A stretch of DNA of 50,614 nt from positions 1-50,614 of IMG/VR virus record IMGVR_UViG_3300031992_000143; one strand, 5' to 3'. Positions 38,225 to 47,013 of this stretch are shown one piece after another. The notes beneath the pieces are model-generated. The model saw nothing but the letters and a program-made list of their open reading frames with translations, ran no database searches and was not told the origin of the DNA. The translations under genes were made by a program, and so were the position numbers. Numbering within the stretch: the first letter of the stretch is position 1; each line of letters begins with the position of its first letter. The stretch is from a virus.

Positions 38225-38598
38225 TTTCCAAGCTCCTTTCCAATGGGCAAGTCGAACTTTATTTTAAGCGCAACCAAAATTTCGCGGAGCAACCCGTTCT
38301 GTTCTTTTAGTTCGCCTGCAAACGCTTCGAACTTTTCGTCCCCGTCGTTTAGACGGTTTGCGTGCGTTTTAATTTGCTCCTGAACAACAGCAAGCCCGGT
38401 TTTCAGTTCCTGCACTTGTTCGTCGCGAAGCTCGGTTTGCGCCTTGCGCTGCTCCTGGATAAGTTCGGTTTGCGCCTTTGCGGCCCGTGCCTCGTTACCG
38501 CTTTTGATTGCCTTTACCCCGGCGGCAATGCAGCCCCCAAGGCTTCCAAACCCGGTCACGATTGCAGCTATGTCAATCCCAGTTATATCCAAAACCAA
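38221..38598 (-). CDS. membrane-anchored coiled-coil protein (holin- or spanin-like candidate)
   Basis: 125 aa. N-terminal TM segment IAAIVTGFGSLGGCIAAGV, then coiled coil. ATGA overlap with the next gene. Confidence 0.6.
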   Translation of the reverse strand: MVLDITGIDIAAIVTGFGSLGGCIAAGVKAIKSGNEARAAKAQTELIQEQRKAQTELRDEQVQELKTGLAVVQEQIKTHANRLNDGDEKFEAFAGELKEQNGLLREILVALKIKFDLPIGKELGK

Positions 38599-38678
38599 AT
38601 TTCCTCCAAAAAGGTGAAAATATAAAACAAGTTAATACTCCATCAAACACACTCAAATTTATAGAAGAAATTTTTAGT

Positions 38679-39713
38679 TTATGCCCAATTATACCATTTG
38701 GAACCCATCCTTAAAAACGCCGTTATTGAATGGCTCGGCATGGAAACGGTCTCATAAGAAATCGCACCGCCGCCGCTAATTATTCCATATTTAACTGATT
38801 GAGTCGTGTCCGTGTCATTCAAAACAAACCAAAGATGTCCAGTGCTTGCAGTTTGATTATAGAAATCATTATTCTGGTGGGCGCTGCAAACCCAACAACC
38901 GTCACCGCCTCCAACGGCACCACTTAACAATAGTTGTCTAATTCCAAGAACCCCATTAACATTAGCATTGCCGCCAACATTCAGCGTCTTTGTGGCGCCA
39001 ATGGTTAAATCGGCGTTAATGGTGACATCTTTTTCAAATTGAGCAGGTTGAGTAAAAAGCGTCTCCGCTCTAACTACAAATCGCTTGGCGGCTTCCGTTC
39101 CCGTAAACCGGAGGACAAGTTCCTTCATATTTATGTCCGGGCTATTTGCAATACCAAGCTTCCAACCTTGTTTTGGGAAGTTAGTATTAAAAAATTCTAA
39201 TTCCTGCGTGTCAATATGGTCACGACTTATTTGTTTTTCAGTTGTTACAACTTGACCGTCAACACGGGCTTGATTTGAAATGGTAATTCCATTTTGACCC
39301 AAAGTAAGTTTTTGTGTCAACCCGTTTGCAGTGCTGCTAATTTCGGAAGTTGTATAACCTAAAACAACCTTTTGCGTTCCGTTTGGATCAGCAACTTGCA
39401 GCGTAATTCCGTCACCGCTTTCTACAATGGTGTAGTCACGTTGGTCGCTTTGAGATGTATGCGGTTTGGCAAATGTTGTTCCATTACCGGTAATCGTCAA
39501 TGATTTGCCATCACTTCCCTGCAAGACAATAGAATTAAAATTCTTGTCACCAAGAAATGCAGCAAGCATTTGAAGAGTAACAGCCTTGTTCTTCTGGCCA
39601 AGGTTGTTACCGGGCTGGATTAGCAGCAAGAGGTCCTGGGCGGTTAGGGTCGTAGCCCTAGGCAGCATAGACCCTGCAATGGGTGCATCAGGTATTTGTC
39701 TATCGTAAGGCAT
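38679..39713 (-). CDS. tail fiber / receptor-binding protein 2
   Basis: 344 aa. N-terminus LPRATTLTAQDLLLLIQPGNNLGQKNKAVTLQML is typical of fiber attachment regions. The body is rich in G/T/N beta repeats. Visibly lower GC than the baseplate genes. Confidence 0.7.
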   Translation of the reverse strand: MPYDRQIPDAPIAGSMLPRATTLTAQDLLLLIQPGNNLGQKNKAVTLQMLAAFLGDKNFNSIVLQGSDGKSLTITGNGTTFAKPHTSQSDQRDYTIVESGDGITLQVADPNGTQKVVLGYTTSEISSTANGLTQKLTLGQNGITISNQARVDGQVVTTEKQISRDHIDTQELEFFNTNFPKQGWKLGIANSPDINMKELVLRFTGTEAAKRFVVRAETLFTQPAQFEKDVTINADLTIGATKTLNVGGNANVNGVLGIRQLLLSGAVGGGDGCWVCSAHQNNDFYNQTASTGHLWFVLNDTDTTQSVKYGIISGGGAISYETVSMPSHSITAFLRMGSKWYNWA

Positions 39714-39833
39714 AGGGGAGTCCTCCGTTTTAAGTTATCCGTAAAAGTTTAGTTTGTCCAAAGCATAGGCGGATGGCGTCCCGAGTACGGAGCCGATGGC
39801 CGTGCAGATGGAGGTCAGGTAGAGAGTGGCATA

Positions 39834-41510
39834 TTATGTGTATACCTCACCAAATTCAGCGGGTTCTCCGTTATTGCCAAAGAAATCGTTTACTCCGACG
39901 AAAATAACAACAAGGTCGTAATCATTTGAATAATCGGACAGCCTGTCAAGAATACACGGAGTCATCGGCGTTTTGCGTGAATAGCCCGTTCCGCTCTTGC
40001 CACCATTGGTGGCAACGGATAATCCTAATTCGGTCTTGACAATTTCAAAATAAATTTCACTAGTATGCCCTCCTTGATTAGACGTTATGCTGTCGCCTAT
40101 GAAGAGAGCCTTTTTTCCACTCCACGTAGAGTAATTTCCAAAAGGAGCAATTACATTTTTCAGTGCGTCTATGATTACGTTCGCAATGAGTTTATGGCCT
40201 GCCGTGTTTGGATGTAGGTTATCCAAGCTTACGTTAGAGTAGTACGTATTACGATGTTCGGAAAGCAGCGGGTTCAGTCCAACATCGTGATTTAAGTCAA
40301 TTATGGGAATGCCCCAAAGACCCGCACATTCTTTAATCCTGTTGACATAATCTATCAGTTGTTTGCCAATTCCATTCGTCTCAAAAAATTTCGGAACATT
40401 AGGATAGTATCCGTTGTTAAGAGGCGTGCAAACAACAACGCGAGAATTCGGATATTTTTCTTGAATTTTCCTCAATGTCCAAGAACACATCCCAGTGAAT
40501 GTAGTTTCCGAATAGTTAATCCCATTATAAACTGAATACGCTTTCTGTCTGTACGAATACGCACGAATAGGATTGTCGGCTACTTGTTGCATGTATATAT
40601 TTACGGATATGGCTAGATATACTGCACCATCAGGGACATCTACGATTGAATTATAACTTGATGTATCCCCAGTACCGACAACACCCGATACAAAATTATC
40701 ATTGTTAAACAAATCATCCGTAAGGAAGCAATATCCATAGGCGGTGGTGCCGTTTCGGAAATATCCCCTAAGGTTTAATTTTGAATACTTGTCCACTCTC
40801 ACATAAAGTATTCGGAAATAACTACTTGGAGTGATAGTTTTATCGGTGTTCATAATTCCAGAAGATATAGACTCTACTGGAATCGAAACAATACCATCAT
40901 TAAGTAACTCGCTAATAGTTTGTTTGCAAGACTTGCGACACACTTGCAACGAAAGACCTTCTCCAGTGCTTTGGGCATCATTGATGCTTATTGCACAATA
41001 ATTGATGTTCATACCATAAGGTATAACGAACACCTTGTCAACATAAGCATCTTCTCCAAATCCAAGAGTTTCGCCATAAGATACGAACTGATTTTGTTCA
41101 AGTTCACTAGATTGATAAAAACCTATAAGTTGGACATCTGTTCCACCCCGACCATATCCACGCACTCGCACAATATCGCCTTCAAACACGCGATATACTT
41201 TATTTGTAAAATGAGAATTGTATGCTTTATACGATGCATTTTCAAAAATTATGTTGTCAAATGTCGCAGTTTCGTCAACCGAAATAAAAGCATCACCGCA
41301 CGCTTCGGATAAACCAAATAACGAGTCAACGGAATTAAAGTGTTCTTTAAACTTTTTACTATTATAAGCATTCTGCGCCGTCAATGCCAGCAGGTCGTCC
41401 TTGCTCATCTTCGCAGTGCCGCTGGGTCCGTCCACGGGTATCACGTCACCAGTACGAAACCCAGTGATGCTTGTCACCCAGTCCTTAATCCGTTTAAATA
41501 ACATAGACAT
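39834..41510 (-). CDS. tail fiber / receptor-modifying protein with a C-terminal SGNH (GDSL) esterase domain in non-canonical block order
   Basis: 558 aa. DNLHPNTAGH (block V, 40194-40223) precedes FIGDSIT (block I, 40083-40097), NGGKSGTG (block II) and VGVNDF (block III, about 39885-39899). The protein ends right after block III. Confidence 0.8.
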   Translation of the reverse strand: MSMLFKRIKDWVTSITGFRTGDVIPVDGPSGTAKMSKDDLLALTAQNAYNSKKFKEHFNSVDSLFGLSEACGDAFISVDETATFDNIIFENASYKAYNSHFTNKVYRVFEGDIVRVRGYGRGGTDVQLIGFYQSSELEQNQFVSYGETLGFGEDAYVDKVFVIPYGMNINYCAISINDAQSTGEGLSLQVCRKSCKQTISELLNDGIVSIPVESISSGIMNTDKTITPSSYFRILYVRVDKYSKLNLRGYFRNGTTAYGYCFLTDDLFNNDNFVSGVVGTGDTSSYNSIVDVPDGAVYLAISVNIYMQQVADNPIRAYSYRQKAYSVYNGINYSETTFTGMCSWTLRKIQEKYPNSRVVVCTPLNNGYYPNVPKFFETNGIGKQLIDYVNRIKECAGLWGIPIIDLNHDVGLNPLLSEHRNTYYSNVSLDNLHPNTAGHKLIANVIIDALKNVIAPFGNYSTWSGKKALFIGDSITSNQGGHTSEIYFEIVKTELGLSVATNGGKSGTGYSRKTPMTPCILDRLSDYSNDYDLVVIFVGVNDFFGNNGEPAEFGEVYT

Positions 41511-41524
41511 TTTATGCCCTCCGT

Positions 41525-42187
41525 TTAATTTGTTTCAAAACTTTCGTTTGTTGTCAAGTAGTCAATCCCGACCACCACGTTGTCCTCGTCGTCCACAATC
41601 AAGTAGCCCTCATCGTCCACCATAGCGTACTCGGTATCCGGCCAACGCTGGTCCACCACCAGGGGCTGTCCGTTATCCTCCAGGACTATGAGCCCCCAGG
41701 GCTCCCCGTCCTCGCAAGAGATGAAGGTGCCTTGCCCAAGATCGACACCCGAAGCCGCCGCTATGGTTCTTACTTCGTCTATATCCGGTTCGGGCATTCC
41801 ATGGCCGAGAACGAAATAAAGACCCGCGGGCCATACGGGACAAAGAGCCATGTCCGTAATGCCGAGCGCAATCTTGAAATAGTTGTAGATAGCCTCGAAT
41901 GTCGGCAGGTCATCGGTTCCGCTGCCTATGCGGATTCTCATTCTTAACTGTTCGTCGGTCTCGCCTATTTTTCGGGTAATTCCGAAATAGAGTCCGTAAT
42001 AGTCGAGCATCGGGCCCACGGCATCGTCAAGGTTGAAACTGTCCGAAATTTCACGAAAAGCTGTTTCGATTTCGTCCGAAGATCCAAGAGCCGCGCCGAT
42101 AACGCCAAGTAGCTTCGTACTCCGCTTGTATTGCTCTGGAACGTACTTTTTCTGTTCCAAGGAATAATTTGTTATCGGCTCACTCAT
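41525..42187 (-). CDS. baseplate/tail protein, DUF2612-like (position of Mu gp48 / P2 gpI)
   Basis: 220 aa. QYKRSTKLLGVIGA...DDAVGPMLDYYGLYFGITRK. Follows the baseplate J gene. Confidence 0.6.
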   Translation of the reverse strand: MSEPITNYSLEQKKYVPEQYKRSTKLLGVIGAALGSSDEIETAFREISDSFNLDDAVGPMLDYYGLYFGITRKIGETDEQLRMRIRIGSGTDDLPTFEAIYNYFKIALGITDMALCPVWPAGLYFVLGHGMPEPDIDEVRTIAAASGVDLGQGTFISCEDGEPWGLIVLEDNGQPLVVDQRWPDTEYAMVDDEGYLIVDDEDNVVVGIDYLTTNESFETN

Positions 42188-42190
42188 AAA

Positions 42191-43633
42191 TTACGGTTCT
42201 TCTACAACAAAGGAAATTCTATCCTCTTCGAGGACGGCATAGCTAAAGAACGAAACAGGGATATTCGTAAACGCCTCGTAGCTCGCAGAGCTGGGTGCCG
42301 TATCGGGAGAGTTCGTCACAGCGACGGCGCACATCGCGACGCCGATTCCGGGAACATCGTAAAGTCCCTGGTTGATTCGTGTTGAAATAATATCCTTGCC
42401 GAGGGTATATTCCTTTTCAGCCCATTCAACGAGAGCGTCCTTTACTGCGTTTTGACCTGGGAAGGCTTCTTCGTCATAAAGCGAATAGGTGACCTTTACC
42501 CATAGATACACTGGAGTGGGGCGGCTAAAGCTAATCTGCTGTTCAATTCCGTGGCTGTCGGTGATGTTCACCGACGTGTTGCCGTAGGACTGAATGCCTC
42601 CTGGCTGGTTTTCGTAGATGCACTTCGCGATGTCATTGTCGTTGCCGCCAACAACGAGCGAAACAAAAGCCTTGCCGGGCACTCCTTCATCGTCGGTGGT
42701 AAAGCCTCGGTTAGACTTGACAATAGCCGAAGAAACACCCGGAACATCAAGTAGGGCCAGTTCAATAGCCGGATCTGTGGCTCTTGCCTTACTAGACTTG
42801 GCTGCAATCGCACGGCGCAGGCGCAAGGATTCGTCAGATTCCAGGTCCTCGCCAGGGTCACCGGCCACGTAATTGTAGACGGAGTTCCAGCCGCTGACAG
42901 CGACGGCAATCGTGTCAAGCTCTCCAATTTCGCAGGTTTGGTAGCCCGTTTCAACGGCGGTAAATTTGCCGTTTGCTCCAGACTGAATGACGAAATCGGA
43001 AGGCATGGCCCCGGTAATACCAACTGGAGAACTATTGGATGTCTTTACGATAAGTCCGCGGTCTGTAAGCGTCGCTGAACCACCCGCACTATTTACGGCT
43101 GTCCTTAATACGGATAAATTGCCAGCGCTCGTGGAATTGTTCAGCGTCACATCGCCAAACGTGAAATGGAAAACGTATTCCGTGTTTTTCGCGGAGCCGT
43201 TATCAATAATCAGGAGCTCGTTGCAGGAGGAACGCGAAATTGTGACAGTCTCGTTAAGCGCGAAGTTTAAGCTGCCGCGCTGACGCCTTGCAAGAGAGCC
43301 TACTGGAATTGTTGCGCTATCACCGCTTGTATAGAGAACGGCATCGACGGTGCAGGGCAGGGCTGGCTTACGGGAAACGCCATTGAAGGCCGCGCGGGCG
43401 TCTAGTGCAGCGCCTACGGCCTGGTTCGGGTCAAGGCTGGAATAGATTTCCTGTGCAAGTTCCCAAAGGTCGTTATAGGATAGGGCGAGCTGTGAAATAA
43501 GAAGTCCGTTCGGACTATCCACGGCGGTTTCAAAAGCAACGCCGAAAACTTGCTTGAACTTGTTTTCAAACTCGACGCGTAACTCCTGGAGCGTCTTTCG
43601 GTTCAGGCCGGTAGGTGTGACAAATTCGCCCAT
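42191..43633 (-). CDS. baseplate J-like protein
   Basis: 480 aa. Typical N-terminus TLQELRVEFENKFKQVFG...SPNGLLISQLALSYNDLWE...LDPNQAVGAALD. Confidence 0.85.
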   Translation of the reverse strand: MGEFVTPTGLNRKTLQELRVEFENKFKQVFGVAFETAVDSPNGLLISQLALSYNDLWELAQEIYSSLDPNQAVGAALDARAAFNGVSRKPALPCTVDAVLYTSGDSATIPVGSLARRQRGSLNFALNETVTISRSSCNELLIIDNGSAKNTEYVFHFTFGDVTLNNSTSAGNLSVLRTAVNSAGGSATLTDRGLIVKTSNSSPVGITGAMPSDFVIQSGANGKFTAVETGYQTCEIGELDTIAVAVSGWNSVYNYVAGDPGEDLESDESLRLRRAIAAKSSKARATDPAIELALLDVPGVSSAIVKSNRGFTTDDEGVPGKAFVSLVVGGNDNDIAKCIYENQPGGIQSYGNTSVNITDSHGIEQQISFSRPTPVYLWVKVTYSLYDEEAFPGQNAVKDALVEWAEKEYTLGKDIISTRINQGLYDVPGIGVAMCAVAVTNSPDTAPSSASYEAFTNIPVSFFSYAVLEEDRISFVVEEP

Positions 43634-43989
43634 TAGATAGTACCCTCTGCAATTTCTCCCGCGGTTCCCTGCACCCTAAAATCCACGGTAAGGCGGCGGT
43701 GTCTCACGGAAAAAGTCAATTCGAGCGAAAGTATCGTTGCCACGCCGTCCACGCCCTTGATAACCGAGGCGAGCAGGGAGCGCACCCTTCCAAGGTCGGG
43801 GTTCTTCTTAAGGATTTCCTCGTAATAGGGAACCCCGACGGAACGGTCAAGGAAACATTCGCCCTTGAAAGTCTGGAGCCTACATTGGATCCTTTGGGCC
43901 AACAGGGCGGACGGGTCAACCAGCACGGCAATATTGCCGGAGCCGTCAAGACCTATGTCCCAAGTTGCCGTGTAGAGCGCAAGTTGCAA
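43633..43989 (-). CDS. baseplate wedge protein (gp25/gpW-like)
   Basis: 118 aa. TTG start with GGAG 7 nt upstream. RIQCRLQTFKGECFLDRSVGVPY resembles W/gp25-like proteins. Stop and start overlap with the J gene. Confidence 0.6.
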   Translation of the reverse strand: MQLALYTATWDIGLDGSGNIAVLVDPSALLAQRIQCRLQTFKGECFLDRSVGVPYYEEILKKNPDLGRVRSLLASVIKGVDGVATILSLELTFSVRHRRLTVDFRVQGTAGEIAEGTI

Positions 43990-44048
43990 TTCAAACTCCT
44001 TATCTTAAATATAACTTATTTTTATCTTATTTTTACACTACATTTTTT

Positions 44049-44121
44049 AAAAATTGAAAAAGGAACGGGAAACATCACGGCCTACCTCCCCAAGTCTGGC
44101 TCTCGCGAAGTCTCCCGTTCC
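44049..44121 (-). terminator. possible intra-operon terminator/attenuator with a long loop
   Basis: Minus strand: GGAACGGGA (44121-44113) pairs with TCCCGTTCC (44070-44062), a 9-bp stem with a 42-nt loop, followed directly by TTTTTCAATTTTT. Confidence 0.4.
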
Positions 44122-44136
44122 CAAAGCTCCAAAAAA

Positions 44137-44397
44137 TCAGGACAATGAACCCGTGCCGGAGCCGGTTGCTATCGTTGAGCCCTGCCCGCTTGACGGTGTA
44201 ACCTGAACCGCTATGCCGGACGAAACGGTCACAGAAACAGTCGCCGTCTTGATGTAGGCATCTATCTTTTCCGCCAGCTTGTTCGCCACGTTCTGCAATG
44301 CGGTTTCTTTTTCCACGTTGTCCTTGTCGTTGAGCGCGGCGGCTTCTTTCAGGGCCGTTCCGAGGTCTGTCTTGAATTTTGCCAAATTGAGGGACAT
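44137..44397 (-). CDS. small hypothetical tail protein with a Ser/Gly/Thr-rich C-terminus
   Basis: 86-aa ORF directly after the spike gene. Confidence 0.65.
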   Translation of the reverse strand: MSLNLAKFKTDLGTALKEAAALNDKDNVEKETALQNVANKLAEKIDAYIKTATVSVTVSSGIAVQVTPSSGQGSTIATGSGTGSLS

Positions 44398-44403
44398 ATA
44401 CTG

Positions 44404-45012
44404 CTATACCTCCGGCGTTATCGGTGTAGGTGTCGGCGCGCTTGTCGGGCCCACCGCGGTCGGGTGGACGTGGTTCTTAAGGCTTACGCCCGGGCCGGCC
44501 GGTTCCGGGCCGCAGAGCACATCGCCACGGGCTATGATGTCACCCTTCGCCACGACCTGGCCGTCAAAGACGAACTTCTTTGCCGTCCACGTAATCACCC
44601 CTTCCTTGTCAACGGTGATTCTCGCCTTGCCCTTCGAAGGCGTCGGAATCAGGCCTGGAATGGCAACGGCGGAATCAAGGTTGAAACGGGACGCCACGGC
44701 GGGAATTGCCGGAAAATCGCCGTTCTTCCATGTAGAAATATCGGATTCCTGGAATAGCAACAGAACGCCGTCGCCCTCGTCAAGCGGGAACTCCAAGTCG
44801 AAGAACTTGGACGCGGGGAAAACGACGGGAACTTCCATCAGGCTCGGGATCTCGATTTGAACCCCGTTATCCATGAGCATGCTAACGGCGGGCTTGACCG
44901 TAGCCGTGTGCTTTCCCGCATCGTACTTTTCCACCTTTGCCGGAAGCGAAGTGTGGACGGCGTACATCGCGGAGCTTAAAAAAAGATCCATCGCGGATTG
45001 CATCGACGCCAT
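44404..45012 (-). CDS. baseplate central spike (gpV / Mu gp45 / gp138-N-like) with an HxH apex motif
   Basis: 202 aa. SLPAKVEKYDAGKHTATVKP...PVVFP is the OB-fold region. The C-terminal KNHVHPT is the HxH motif. Confidence 0.75.
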   Translation of the reverse strand: MASMQSAMDLFLSSAMYAVHTSLPAKVEKYDAGKHTATVKPAVSMLMDNGVQIEIPSLMEVPVVFPASKFFDLEFPLDEGDGVLLLFQESDISTWKNGDFPAIPAVASRFNLDSAVAIPGLIPTPSKGKARITVDKEGVITWTAKKFVFDGQVVAKGDIIARGDVLCGPEPAGPGVSLKNHVHPTAVGPTSAPTPTPITPEV

Positions 45013-45015
45013 ATA

Positions 45016-45990
45016 TCAAGCCTCCACCAGGTTTAAATCCATCGCGAAAGAGCTATCCTTGCCCGTACCCACAGCCACTTCCATGCGATCAACCACGAAT
45101 AGGCCGTCCACGCCGCGGTTAGGGTCGGCAACGTGAACAAGGCTGTTCGGGCGCAACTTCGGGAAAACCATCGTTCGCGCCGAGTAGGTCTTCTTCATGT
45201 TCGTAAAAATCTTGTCAAGAAGCGCGTAGGCATCGTCGGTATTCTCGGGCGTCAGCTTTATTTCCTTGCCGCCCACGTTTGCAGATTCGCCTATCTTGCT
45301 TGCTAGAGAACTCAAATTAGAGTGAGCCGCGCCAACATAGTCCGTGGTATCTTGAAGGTTCAACAGGCCCGATTCCGGTGTAATGTAGGCGATCGAGTAG
45401 GTGGAATCCGAACTGTATCGGAAAACGACCATTTCGGCAAGGTCTACATAGATTCCGATTCCCTTTGTCTTCATATCCTGGGAAAGTTTCTTCATGGCGC
45501 GTGAAACTGGGCCGACAAAAGTCCACCCGCCGGGGAACTTCACTTCTTTCGCCATTTCCTTGCCTTGCGGCACCAGGCCCAAGATAGCGCAAATAGAATC
45601 TATCACCATGTCGGCGGTGGAATCCTTCGGGAAAGACAAACAGACGGGCGTACAGGTGAACGGGCGCGTCAAGGAACGCAATGCGATAGAACGGATCACG
45701 GTGAGCGTGTCGGTTCCGTCCCTGTATGTCTTGGAATCAATTATGTTGCCCTGGTACATCAGGCCCGGTTCGGCCCCTTGCTCGTAACCGGCAAACAGCG
45801 CGACATTCGCGCCTCGTTGCAGGAACTTCGAAATAGTGTCTTCGTTCGCGTTGTGGATCGTGGCTTCAAGCTCGTTATCGTCAAAGACGCGGGAACGTAC
45901 ACAACGGGCGTCAATTCGTAACGACGCCACATCGACCTGCACCCCGTTCGCATTGCGGGCCTGTAAAATTACCTTTCTACCCCAGAGCAT
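45016..45990 (-). CDS. baseplate hub protein (P2 gpD / Mu gp44-like)
   Basis: ORF 45016..46053 trimmed to ATG 45990 (GGAGG at 46002-45998, 7-nt spacer). 324 aa. Confidence 0.6.
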   Translation of the reverse strand: MLWGRKVILQARNANGVQVDVASLRIDARCVRSRVFDDNELEATIHNANEDTISKFLQRGANVALFAGYEQGAEPGLMYQGNIIDSKTYRDGTDTLTVIRSIALRSLTRPFTCTPVCLSFPKDSTADMVIDSICAILGLVPQGKEMAKEVKFPGGWTFVGPVSRAMKKLSQDMKTKGIGIYVDLAEMVVFRYSSDSTYSIAYITPESGLLNLQDTTDYVGAAHSNLSSLASKIGESANVGGKEIKLTPENTDDAYALLDKIFTNMKKTYSARTMVFPKLRPNSLVHVADPNRGVDGLFVVDRMEVAVGTGKDSSFAMDLNLVEA

Positions 45991-46339
45991 TTGCGGCCTC
46001 CCATTCCGCCAATTCTTCGGGCGAAATCCAGAAAAGGCCCCAGGAATCGCCAAGGGCCGAATATTCCGAAAGCGGCTTGCCTTGTCCCTCCGAAAGCGGC
46101 AAAACGATAATGTCGCCCTTGATCGGTGACAACGCCTTGTGTTCTCGCAATATCGGGAAGCGTTCTACAAGCCGGAACTGGCCCAATTCTCCGGAATCCG
46201 AAGAAACGGTCATAAACCACGCAGAGGCGCGGCCATTCCAGAGCAATCGCAACGTGATAACCATTTGTTCGGGAATAAGTACCTGGAACTTCTGGTCGGC
46301 GCTTATTGAAGGGTTGAACGGAATTTCAAGCATTATCAA
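45977..46339 (-). CDS. hypothetical tail protein
   Basis: 120-aa ORF with ATGA overlap to the upstream gene. Confidence 0.7.
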   Translation of the reverse strand: MIMLEIPFNPSISADQKFQVLIPEQMVITLRLLWNGRASAWFMTVSSDSGELGQFRLVERFPILREHKALSPIKGDIIVLPLSEGQGKPLSEYSALGDSWGLFWISPEELAEWEAANALG

Positions 46340-47013
46340 ATCACCCCCAAATATAGCTCATTCATCGTTGACTTGCTAATATTCTTCGCCACCTTCTGCC
46401 CAACGTTCACGCCGAGTGCCGATTTTCGGTTGATGTCGCTATCCATGTCCTTCGGCTGCACTTGCGCCGTGACTTCATGTTCCATCAGCGAGACGGTGAG
46501 AATTTGACGGAACGAAACCTTTATTTCGAGGGCGTCGCCTGAATCTCCGTTGCGTTCGGTCGAAATATTCGTGATAGCCACATTGTCGTAGACTTCCAAC
46601 GACGTGACGATTGTCACGGGCTGCTTGGCGTCCATGACGGCTTTAAGGTCTACCCAGGCCTGTTTCGCTCGGTTTTCAAGCTGGTAGTTTTCGGCCTCGG
46701 CCATCAAGGTCTCGGAATCCTGCAATTCTAGCTGCTTGGCGCGTTCTTCGGCAATCTTGACGGAATGGTTCGTGACGAGACCGGTAAGCGAGCCCTCCTG
46801 GAGTTCAAGGAAAATGCCGTCCGAAATTGCGCGTCCGTCTTGCAGGGGGTTTTCGGTGACTTGCGCCGACTTGGAATGATCCTCGTCAAGAATCAGGTCG
46901 AGCTCGACGGAGCCGACCTTGTAGCCTTCCTTTGGATAGAACAGACATACGTGCTGGGGCAAGGACTGCTCGCCCAAGACGGTCTGTGCAATAGCCTTCA
47001 AAACACTAATCAT
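46336..47013 (-). CDS. tail/baseplate hub-associated protein (position of Mu gp43 / PBSX XkdP)
   Basis: 225-aa ORF with ATGA overlap to the tape measure stop. Function is inferred from position only. Confidence 0.5.
   Translation of the reverse strand: MISVLKAIAQTVLGEQSLPQHVCLFYPKEGYKVGSVELDLILDEDHSKSAQVTENPLQDGRAISDGIFLELQEGSLTGLVTNHSVKIAEERAKQLELQDSETLMAEAENYQLENRAKQAWVDLKAVMDAKQPVTIVTSLEVYDNVAITNISTERNGDSGDALEIKVSFRQILTVSLMEHEVTAQVQPKDMDSDINRKSALGVNVGQKVAKNISKSTMNELYLGVI

Noticed and set aside
38679-41510. Diversity-generating retroelement targeting the fiber genes
   Set aside because: No reverse transcriptase ORF (no YxDD-type motif) exists anywhere in the genome, and I did not see a template/variable repeat pair.
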